From a virus (Duplodnaviria > Caudoviricetes): DNA of 25,250 nucleotides. The position numbers and the translations under genes are program-made. This document shows positions 8,342 through 15,847 of this stretch, piece by piece. The stretch is from IMG/VR virus record IMGVR_UViG_3300035670_001165, positions 1-25,250 of that record; one strand, 5' to 3'. Below the pieces are notes generated by a model. The model saw only the letters and a list, made by a program, of their open reading frames with translations. It ran no database searches and was not told the origin of the DNA. Every line of letters starts with the position of its first letter. Position 1 is the stretch's first letter.

Positions 8342-9093
8342 GGCTTAACTCCAGGCATGTTCTGGGCGAGAAGGCCCGGCGACTGGTACGGGTTTGGTTG
8401 ACCCGGCAACCCGATTACCGGATTGACCGTCAGGTAACCCTGGTTCAGATTCTGCCTGCGGCGCTTCTCCTGCTCGATGGCTTCAAGGGCGGTTCGCGCG
8501 GTGGCGTCGTTGACGTCGATCTTGGACTCCATTTCTCGGATCTCGGCGTCGGTCTTGCCACTCAGGAAATTGGCCACCTCACCGGTGCCCGCCGCCAAGA
8601 CTTGCGCAAGCTCAGGGTTTTTAGAAACCCAGTTACCGGCGGTTTTCAGCGCGCCGCCGACAGTGCCCAACAGCGTGCGCGGCGCAGCGGCGGTAACTGC
8701 CGGAGACGCCATCGGTGTTACGCCGCTCGCCAGCAAACCGCCGGCCCGGCCGGTAGTCGCGGTTTTGAGGGTAGGAGATACGCTCGACTGCAAGGCCGAC
8801 CTGGTAGCGGTCATCGGGGTCGCCGCTGATGCGGCTTTTGCGGCCGCGGCGGCCTTGGCCGAAGCGCTCATGCCCAGTGTTTTGGCGCCAGCGCCAAAAG
8901 CACCCATCGTACCAAGCGTACCAATACCGCCTACTACGGCGCCTATCTTGGCCAGCTTCTGGTTTTTCGTGGCCGCACCCACGACGGACAGCGCGGTGCC
9001 CGCGACGGCCATGCTTTTCATGATGCCAGCGGCCATCACCGCGCCTTTCACGGCGGTTGCGGCGGCGACTACGGGCGCGATTACGGGTGGCAT
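8338..9093 (-). CDS. Putative ejection/DNA-transfer (pilot-type) protein; likely start MPPVIAP at 9093
   Basis: GGAGG at 9098-9102 precedes ATG 9093. Long Ala/Gly hydrophobic N-terminus. Follows the GNAT-like gene, as in the P22 gp14-gp7 and T7 gp13-gp14 order. Confidence 0.7.
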   Translation of the reverse strand: MPPVIAPVVAAATAVKGAVMAAGIMKSMAVAGTALSVVGAATKNQKLAKIGAVVGGIGTLGTMGAFGAGAKTLGMSASAKAAAAAKAASAATPMTATRSALQSSVSPTLKTATTGRAGGLLASGVTPMASPAVTAAAPRTLLGTVGGALKTAGNWVSKNPELAQVLAAGTGEVANFLSGKTDAEIREMESKIDVNDATARTALEAIEQEKRRRQNLNQGYLTVNPVIGLPGQPNPYQSPGLLAQNMPGVKP

Positions 9094-9449
9094 GTGGCCT
9101 CCTTTTTCGGCTTCTCCCACGGCATCGCGGAGAGCAGGTAATACTTGAAATCAGAATCGGCCCAGGTCTTTTTGAACCCAAGCCGGCGGACAAACTTTTC
9201 GGCTGACCGTAGCCCGTGTGGCACTCTCGTGGTCAGCATCCCGTACCGGTCAAACACCGGCCCCAGCATCTCACGTACCGCGCCACGGCTGCTCGCGCGG
9301 GGCGTGTCGACTATCGCGAAATGCACTTCCATTCCCTTCACCATCAACGTCCCTGCGTGCTCACCAGCGATCGTGAGCGGCACCAGCTCCCAGCCGTCCA
9401 ACATCTCCGCCGGCAATTTCAGCGGGGCGGATAGTTGGTCCCTGGTCAT
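9081..9449 (-). CDS. GNAT-fold virion assembly protein (P22 gp14 / T7 gp13-like position)
   Basis: EVHFAI...LTTRV...AEKFVRRLGFKK resembles GNAT motifs; lies among the ejection genes. Confidence 0.6.
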   Translation of the reverse strand: MTRDQLSAPLKLPAEMLDGWELVPLTIAGEHAGTLMVKGMEVHFAIVDTPRASSRGAVREMLGPVFDRYGMLTTRVPHGLRSAEKFVRRLGFKKTWADSDFKYYLLSAMPWEKPKKEATCHP

Positions 9450-11524
9450 CCGAATTTCAAAAGATCTGTCAGCCCGTCGACCTTGTTCACCTGCTCGAGG
9501 AACTGCAGACTGGTATTAAGGTTGGCCTTTTGCTGATCCACGGCGGCTTGCTTTGCGGCGGTCTCCAAGTCAGGGTCCGCCATGAGCTTGGCGATGTTGT
9601 CAGTCGTTTGCTGGAACAAGGTGGTCGCTTGCTCTGACACCTGCGCCCGGCGGTTAAAATCCGCCAAATCCTTGTCGGCGGCAATAAGCCGCTCCTGTTC
9701 GGCCTGACGGTTTTTAGCGTCTGCTTCAAACCTGCGCGCCTCGTTTTGAGCGTCTTGCGCCCGCTCACGCAAACGCTGCGCGTCGGCGATAGCCTGCGCG
9801 GCCGCGATGTTTTTGGCTCTAGCCTCTTCAACATTGGCAGTGTTTTTGGCTTGTGCTTCAAATTCTTTCGCTCGGTTTTCCGCCGCAAGAGCCTCGCGGT
9901 TGAATTGATTGGCGTCCGCTGCAGCTTGGATAGCGGCCTGGTTAGACGCCCTCGACGTTTCAATGGCCGCGGTGTTTTGAGCCTGCGCACTAAATTCACG
10001 AGCGGCGTTTTCAATCGCCATTGCGTCACGGTTAAGTTGATTGGCGTCCGCTGCAGCTTGGATAGCGGCCTGATTTGCAGCGCGAGAAGCCTCAATACTG
10101 GCCGTGTTTTGAGCCTGCGCGGTAAACGCCCTGGCGTTATTTTCAGCCAGCGCCGCCGCGGCTTTTGCGGCGTTCGCGGCGTCAGCCGCAAACGCAGCAG
10201 CGTCGTTTTTGCTTTGCGCGTTGAACGCTGAAGCCGCGTTGTTGGCGTTCGCCAAAAATTCTCGACTGGCGTTAATCGCCCTTTGATTGTCAGACAGCGC
10301 TTGATTCGCAGACTCAGCGTTAAACGCGGCGCTGGCATTCACTTCTCGGACGTTGAACTGCTCCATCAAATTCTGTTGTTCAGCGTTGAACTGCGCGGCC
10401 TTGGCAAAAGTAGCCGCATCGGCGGTCGCGATCGGAGTCGCCGTTTCAGTAATCGCGCGAAGCGCCTCGCCTTCGGCCATACTGGAATTCAGCAGCCCCT
10501 TTCGGTTCATTCCTTGGCGGGCTCTTGTTTCGGCCAGGGTCAAAAGCGGGGAGCCTTTGGAAAGCAGTCCCTGCAGTCGACCTTCGACAGTTTGACTGGG
10601 GTCTACCGCCCAATTAGAAACCTGCCCTTGCTTGGCGTCATATGTTTTGTAGCCGCGCGTATCGGCGGTGTAGCCTTCAGCGGTATACGTCTCTGGGGTG
10701 TACCCTTGAGAGATGTAAGTCGCGGCGTCGTATCCAACCGCCGTCGGTCCAGATGTAGTCGCGGTCTTGACCGTATCCTGGCCATAAATTTTTGCGTCAT
10801 ACCCAGTCGAGGTCGGTCCAGATGTAGTCGCGGTCTTGACCGACGCAGGGTCGTATTTGGCAGACGTGTAGGCACTTATGTCGGGTCTGGTTATAGTCGG
10901 TTTCTGCACCACGTCCCCGGCGCTCGTGATTGGCGTGTAGGTCGTAATGCCGCCCGGACCGGTAGTGGTTCCAGGCGCGGCCGCCGCCGCCCTTTCATCT
11001 TTCGCCATAACCATCGCTTTCAAGTCGTTGAACGACCGCGCGGAACCGTTGAGCAAAAGTTTGTTGGCTTCCTGTAGTTGGATGTCAGGGTTGAGCCCGC
11101 GGCCGACAGCCCATGCGCGGATTTCAGAAGCCTCTTCCGGCGACAACGTGTATTTCGCCGCGCCCACTTGTTCTTGGGTGTCTTTCGCCGCGACCAAGTT
11201 TTTGAGCCCGGCAAAATCGGTCGCCTGCCCACTGGCCAATAGCCCGCGCGCAGATCCCAGCTGGACGTCCGGGTTGAGCCCGCGGCCGGTGGCCCAATTG
11301 CGGATTTCAGTTTCGTTTTCGGCGGTCAGTTGGTAGGGGGACGTCTTGCCGGTTTTTGACAGCGCCAGTCGCCTGAGGTCGTCCATGTTGGCAGCCTGGC
11401 CAGAGATCAGCAGATCCTGCGCTCCCTTGATCTGGTTCTCCACGTTCAACCCACTGGCGCCGGCCCAGGTCTTTATTTCGGCCAGGTCCGCATTGGAAAG
11501 CTGATAGGGATTTTGCGCTGCCAT
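9446..11524 (-). CDS. Repeat-rich internal virion/ejection protein (692 aa)
   Basis: Three N-terminal repeats of about 52 aa, a Tyr-periodic segment, and a long Ala/Asn/Gln coiled coil with 44-aa repeats; coupled to the downstream gene. Confidence 0.75.
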   Translation of the reverse strand: MAAQNPYQLSNADLAEIKTWAGASGLNVENQIKGAQDLLISGQAANMDDLRRLALSKTGKTSPYQLTAENETEIRNWATGRGLNPDVQLGSARGLLASGQATDFAGLKNLVAAKDTQEQVGAAKYTLSPEEASEIRAWAVGRGLNPDIQLQEANKLLLNGSARSFNDLKAMVMAKDERAAAAAPGTTTGPGGITTYTPITSAGDVVQKPTITRPDISAYTSAKYDPASVKTATTSGPTSTGYDAKIYGQDTVKTATTSGPTAVGYDAATYISQGYTPETYTAEGYTADTRGYKTYDAKQGQVSNWAVDPSQTVEGRLQGLLSKGSPLLTLAETRARQGMNRKGLLNSSMAEGEALRAITETATPIATADAATFAKAAQFNAEQQNLMEQFNVREVNASAAFNAESANQALSDNQRAINASREFLANANNAASAFNAQSKNDAAAFAADAANAAKAAAALAENNARAFTAQAQNTASIEASRAANQAAIQAAADANQLNRDAMAIENAAREFSAQAQNTAAIETSRASNQAAIQAAADANQFNREALAAENRAKEFEAQAKNTANVEEARAKNIAAAQAIADAQRLRERAQDAQNEARRFEADAKNRQAEQERLIAADKDLADFNRRAQVSEQATTLFQQTTDNIAKLMADPDLETAAKQAAVDQQKANLNTSLQFLEQVNKVDGLTDLLKFG

Positions 11525-11568
11525 ATCGTGATCGCTCGTAATTTGCGGGTAAGACTAAGGGATAGGTA

Positions 11569-12021
11569 TCAGTCCGGCAAATACTCTGCCTCAGCTTCCC
11601 GGCGCCGCACAAGGCCTCTCAGGACTCGCCCGTTGGCCCGCACCCAGCGCCTGATCTCGTGCCGGGCTTCATCCCACTCACGGGCATTAAGCCTACGCCG
11701 CAGGGTGCTGTTCTTGTACCGGCTGGCCCCGAGGTTGTAAATGAAATCAGCTATTGCTCCCAGTGCTTCTTCGTTCCCAGCAAGGCCAGGCGTCATCCTC
11801 ACGGCGGCGGGCAAACATTCTCTCTGTAATTGCTGGATCAACCACAACTCTGCAACGTCTGCCGTGATCGGCGGATCGTCCATCGTGACCTTTGAGCCAT
11901 CGGGCTTCCAGACCGTTCCCCAGCCGATTGTGGCGAGTCCCGCCGGACACAAATATGGCTTCAGGTATAACCCTTCAAAATGTTTGCAGAGAGCAACAGC
12001 GGTAGACAGGGCTTTCTTCAC
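11569..12021 (-). CDS. Endolysin, GH24 lysozyme
   Basis: FEGLYLKPYLCPAGLATIGWG is the E-x8-(D/C)-x5-T catalytic motif; also FIYNLG, STL and GLVRRREAE. Confidence 0.95.
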   Translation of the reverse strand: MKKALSTAVALCKHFEGLYLKPYLCPAGLATIGWGTVWKPDGSKVTMDDPPITADVAELWLIQQLQRECLPAAVRMTPGLAGNEEALGAIADFIYNLGASRYKNSTLRRRLNAREWDEARHEIRRWVRANGRVLRGLVRRREAEAEYLPD

Positions 12022-12500
12022 GATTGTCTCTGCCTGTCGTACACCCTGCCAACAAACCAGAACGACAATACCATAATCAGTATCGCCATATCGTCCGCCG
12101 TCCAGCTACTGACCAGTACTTCCTTCCAGTCGCCACCAGCCTGTACTGCCATTGTCATGCCGACAATCTTGACTAGAGAGTACATAATCACGAACCAGTA
12201 CGTGACGATAGGACGAACCAACGCAGACACCGCAGCCACAAATTTACCCGCAGCCCTAGCCGTCTGCCCTTGCTCTTTCACCGCAGCAGATATTGCATCC
12301 ATTTCGGCAATCGTCATCGCCGCATCGACCTTGCGCATCTCGTGCTCCATGCGCTTCTCGGCAATGCGGATTTCGATCTCCATCATCGCCAGCTCGTGCG
12401 CACGTTCGTTCTTGCGGTCGAGGCCTTTCAGGATTTCCGGGGCAAGCCGAAGCAGGCCACCAAGGCCGCCGCTAGCTACCGTAACGAGTGTCTCCCACAT
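12018..12500 (-). CDS. Putative holin (3TM / GTA-holin-like)
   Basis: N-terminal hydrophobic segment, coiled coil, VRPIVTY TM and LSFWFVGR TM; directly upstream of the lysozyme. Confidence 0.65.
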   Translation of the reverse strand: MWETLVTVASGGLGGLLRLAPEILKGLDRKNERAHELAMMEIEIRIAEKRMEHEMRKVDAAMTIAEMDAISAAVKEQGQTARAAGKFVAAVSALVRPIVTYWFVIMYSLVKIVGMTMAVQAGGDWKEVLVSSWTADDMAILIMVLSFWFVGRVYDRQRQS

Positions 12501-12742
12501 TACTTGTCCGCCTTCTTGTCCAATTTGCTGAAGACCTTGTCAAAGTTCTGATTCATCTCTTGCCGCAGCGCCTGCATGTCGGCGCGGAATTCAGCCCTGC
12601 TCAGGAGCGCGGCTTGCTCGCGTTGGAGCGCCTCAATCTTTCGATCCTGCTCCTTGTTGTCTTCACGCGTTGTTTTCACGAAATAGGCCACGACAGTACC
12701 TGCTCCAGTGATGAGGGCGTCAATGATGTTTGCGTCCGGCAT
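12500..12742 (-). CDS. Small membrane-anchored coiled-coil protein of the lysis cassette
   Basis: Short hydrophobic N-terminal segment plus coiled coil ending LDKKADK; AAGGA upstream; 1-nt overlap with the holin. Confidence 0.7.
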   Translation of the reverse strand: MPDANIIDALITGAGTVVAYFVKTTREDNKEQDRKIEALQREQAALLSRAEFRADMQALRQEMNQNFDKVFSKLDKKADK

Positions 12743-12780
12743 GAGGCTGCTTCCTTGTCTTCGGAGTTAATAACTGCCAA

Positions 12781-13221
12781 TTAGGGCTCTTCGCCTTTTA
12801 GAATTTTGTCCGCCCTGGCCTGCTCGAGGTAATCGTTGTCGACCATGTACTGAATTGCGCTTGCGACAGCGTTTGACCCCAACCGAATTTCAAGCAAACG
12901 GGGGTCGTCAACCAGGCTAAAAAAGTCAGCGATTACGGGGTCTGAGGCCTTGGCCTGATTGAGGGCCACCCGTTCCGCAGAAGTGAACAGCAGTTTGAAT
13001 TGAACGGCGGAAAGAACCGGAGACGCGACTGAACTCGGATCCACTGTAACACTCGGTTTAAGCGGTTGCTGCCACTGATTGTTTACAAACTCCATGCCGT
13101 TTTCAGCCTCGTCAGGCACATCCGTAGAATAGAACTGCGCGACGCTGGGGTGGTAAACCTCGGAAGGGTTACCGTGGCAGACGTCTTTGATTCTGTTATT
13201 TTCAACCCATGCTTTTTTCAT
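12781..13221 (-). CDS. Tail-fibre-associated/assembly-like protein; likely start MKKAW at 13221
   Basis: GGAG at 13229-13232 precedes ATG 13221. C-terminal QFKLLFTSAER...RADKIL resembles small proteins that follow fibre genes. Confidence 0.65.
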   Translation of the reverse strand: MKKAWVENNRIKDVCHGNPSEVYHPSVAQFYSTDVPDEAENGMEFVNNQWQQPLKPSVTVDPSSVASPVLSAVQFKLLFTSAERVALNQAKASDPVIADFFSLVDDPRLLEIRLGSNAVASAIQYMVDNDYLEQARADKILKGEEP

Positions 13222-13235
13222 TTTAAATCTCCTGG

Positions 13236-14342
13236 TCAATATCCGGGCGTCCAGCAAAGGACAACAAAACCTGCGCCTCCGGATCCTGCGGCGTTGTTAA
13301 ACGCAGCGCCGCCGCCACCGCCTCGCCCGCCATTACCTCCGAAGTTGTTGCCGGCACCGCCACCGCCACCGAGACCGCCGTCACCCCCGTTTGCAAGGCC
13401 AGCGCCGCCGCCGCCGCCAATCCCGCCAGCGCCGCCTACCTGGTTGCTACCGCCGCCGCCGCCACCGGACGCGCCACTGCCTCCAGTACCACCAGAAGCG
13501 TTTCCAGCGCCCCCTCCGCCACACAGCGTTTTATTCAAAACGTGAAGCCAATTGCCGTTTTCGTTGGGCTGAGACGCGGGAAAAGTGTTTCCTATCCCTC
13601 CCGCTGGCCCGCCCCCACTGGTCGCCCCGGTAGTGCCAACCAGTGCCGATGACGCCGAACTTGTTCCTCCGCCGCCCGTAGCGCAAGTTGCTCCAGGGCC
13701 GGTTATCAGCCCGGAACCAGTAGTTACGCCACCGCCGCCTGAATAAGCTACAAAGTTATTTGCCCCTGTGGCAGCCCCCGATGTACCTAATCCCCAAGCC
13801 CCGCCACCGGTGAACGCCTTATTGGCCGAACTGTTCCCTGTAGCTAAACCACCTGCTCCGCCGTTGCCGTACGGAGAACCAGATGCGCCACCCCCAGCCC
13901 ATCCGTAACCCGAAGAGGAATTGCCCCCCGCGCCGCCTGAAGCCGTAAAGGCGTTTCGGACCCCGCTGGCTGTTCCCGTTCCGCCGGCGCCACCTGAAGC
14001 GCTGGTCGATGTCGATCCGCCGGTAGCAGACAACAAGGTTCCAAAAGACGAGGTGCCGCCTGCAGCGCCGACAGTTATTGTCGGCAGCAATTGCCCAGGA
14101 ACAACATCCACAATTCCTTGCGCGTAACCGCCACCGCCACCGCCACCGCCGCCAGTTCCGCCGGAGCCCAGATACCCGGCTCCGCCCCCGCCGACTACAC
14201 ACACCAACATCTGGTATACGTTAGCGGGAACAACTTCCGCAGAAGTCGTTGAGTAAATCATCTTGAACTCAGTCCAAGCCGGAGGCGAAATTCGCGTTGG
14301 CGCGTTGGGGCCAGGAGGCAAACCGATCAATCCTTGGTTCAT
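13236..14342 (-). CDS. Glycine-rich tail fibre/receptor-binding-associated protein (368 aa)
   Basis: VPANVYQMLVCVVGGGGAG...ITVGAAGGTSSFG...GSGGAGFVVLCW, a typical phage Gly-rich domain architecture. Confidence 0.8.
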   Translation of the reverse strand: MNQGLIGLPPGPNAPTRISPPAWTEFKMIYSTTSAEVVPANVYQMLVCVVGGGGAGYLGSGGTGGGGGGGGGYAQGIVDVVPGQLLPTITVGAAGGTSSFGTLLSATGGSTSTSASGGAGGTGTASGVRNAFTASGGAGGNSSSGYGWAGGGASGSPYGNGGAGGLATGNSSANKAFTGGGAWGLGTSGAATGANNFVAYSGGGGVTTGSGLITGPGATCATGGGGTSSASSALVGTTGATSGGGPAGGIGNTFPASQPNENGNWLHVLNKTLCGGGGAGNASGGTGGSGASGGGGGGSNQVGGAGGIGGGGGAGLANGGDGGLGGGGGAGNNFGGNGGRGGGGGAAFNNAAGSGGAGFVVLCWTPGY

Positions 14343-14740
14343 CAGAAATTACCTCCAAAAGCAATTACGTTGAAAGTCTCAGCCACCTGCGTGCTGGCCC
14401 GCAAAGAAAAACCGTTGGGCAGTGTGATGGGCAAAAACCGGGCGTAAGTCTCGGGCCGCAACTGCGCTTCAAAGGATGGATTTGTAGCCGACACCGTATT
14501 GGCCGGGATGGCTATTTCAGTAAGCAGTCTCGCGTTTGTACCGTCGTGAATGAACAGCCGGACCATGCCGGCGGTGGTTGTGCCAGTCGCTTTCACAACC
14601 ACGCCATCTATGCGGCTGCCATTGGACCCCGCGGTAAAAACAGTGGCTATTGTGCCGGTGCCGTCTCGGTTTGTGTTTGCGACAGAAACCTGGCCTATGC
14701 CAGTATTTGACGCCGCCGCGTAGGAAGGATTGTTTGCCAT
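14342..14740 (-). CDS. Beta-rich tail-associated protein (132 aa)
   Basis: GAGG upstream; beta-sandwich-like sequence (TVFTAGSNGSRID...LPNGFSLRAS); 1-nt overlap with the Gly-rich gene. Confidence 0.7.
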   Translation of the reverse strand: MANNPSYAAASNTGIGQVSVANTNRDGTGTIATVFTAGSNGSRIDGVVVKATGTTTAGMVRLFIHDGTNARLLTEIAIPANTVSATNPSFEAQLRPETYARFLPITLPNGFSLRASTQVAETFNVIAFGGNF

Positions 14741-14749
14741 ATAGAGTCC

Positions 14750-15847
14750 TCAGACTGTCCCGATTGCAAGAAGAGGGAGTTGGTTGATACTGACCCCTCG
14801 GTATTCTAAGCCAGTTCCGGTGTCATTTACCGTAATTGCTTCGCCGGGGGATCCGATAGTGGTAAGGCCCGTGCCTCCGTTCGTGGTCGCCAAAGTGCCG
14901 CCCAACGTCATGGTCCCACTGATCGTGATTGGGCTGTTGGACACCGTAAGACCCGTCGTGCCGCCGCTGACGCCAACCGACGTCACGGTGCCGGATCCGG
15001 GGAAAAGCCCGATCGCGAGTTTGAAATCGCTGTCGCTCAGAAGCGACACGCTGTTGTCCGCGTTCACCCTGGGGAAACGAATTGCAGAAGGATCCGTTAC
15101 CGTGAAAAAACTAGCGCCCGTGGCCGTGGCACCGAGCGCGGTGCGCGCGGCGGAAACCGTTGTGGCCCCGGTGCCTCCGTTCCCAATAGCAAGCGTACCG
15201 GTGACGCCCGTGGTCAGCGGAAGCCCCGTGGCGTTGGTCAACGTAATCGTTGGCGTGCCCAAGACGTTGCCGGTCAGGTTGCCCGTGACGTTGCCCGTGA
15301 CGTCGCCCGTGACGTTGCCGGTCAACGGACCAGTGATAGCGGAGAACACACCTGTTGAAGGCGTAACCCCACCTATGGCCGTACCGTTGATCGTGCCGCC
15401 CGTGACAGTGACCGAGCTGGACGTCAACGGGCCAGTGATAGCGGAGAACACACCTGTTGAAGGCGCAACCCCACCTATGGCCGTGCCGTTGATCGTGCCG
15501 CCCGTAATAGTGACCAAGCTGGATGTAACCGCCCCAGTGTACCCGACGGAAGCGGTCAACGACGTAAACGCGCCGGCAGCCGATATTGAATCACCTATCA
15601 GCGTGTTATTGATCGTGCCGCCTGAAATGGTCGGATTGGTCAACGACAACCCAGTGATACCAGTTACCGTTTCAAGCGCTGTGCCGGCCGGGTTGACCGC
15701 CACCAATTTCCCGGCGGTAGAACCGTTTAGCGCGGGGAGCTTATCCCACCCCTGGCTGATCAAACTGAATTCATTGCGAATGGCCGCCGAAGAACCCGGA
15801 TCGTTCGGCGCGGGAACTGTCCCGCCGTTATAGTAACTGTTGGTCAT
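14750..15847 (-). CDS. Tail fibre protein (365 aa)
   Basis: N-terminal anchor-like IRNEFSLISQGWDKLP; ITGGTINGTAIG repeats, G[ND]VT repeats, TLAIGNGGTGAT motifs; follows the nozzle gene. Confidence 0.8.
   Translation of the reverse strand: MTNSYYNGGTVPAPNDPGSSAAIRNEFSLISQGWDKLPALNGSTAGKLVAVNPAGTALETVTGITGLSLTNPTISGGTINNTLIGDSISAAGAFTSLTASVGYTGAVTSSLVTITGGTINGTAIGGVAPSTGVFSAITGPLTSSSVTVTGGTINGTAIGGVTPSTGVFSAITGPLTGNVTGDVTGNVTGNLTGNVLGTPTITLTNATGLPLTTGVTGTLAIGNGGTGATTVSAARTALGATATGASFFTVTDPSAIRFPRVNADNSVSLLSDSDFKLAIGLFPGSGTVTSVGVSGGTTGLTVSNSPITISGTMTLGGTLATTNGGTGLTTIGSPGEAITVNDTGTGLEYRGVSINQLPLLAIGTV
15321..15524 (-). repeat. 102-bp in-frame tandem duplication in the tail fibre gene
   Basis: 15321-15422 versus 15423-15524: 7 mismatches by eye, all transitions. 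Adjacent 12-bp G[ND]VT repeats at about 15266-15320. Confidence 0.92.

Noticed and set aside
9094-13257. Track starts at 9120 and 13257 (and 25091 for the portal)
   Set aside because: Downstream ATGs at 9093, 13221 and 25085 have better RBS spacing or avoid overlap with the preceding gene.
15321-15524. 102-bp near-identical pair as a DGR template/variable repeat
   Set aside because: Directly tandem and in frame, mismatches not confined to adenines of one copy, and no reverse transcriptase in the window.
13066-15833. Pro-rich plus-strand ORFs (13066..13545, 14784..15833)
   Set aside because: Reverse-complement readings of Gly-rich fibre codons.
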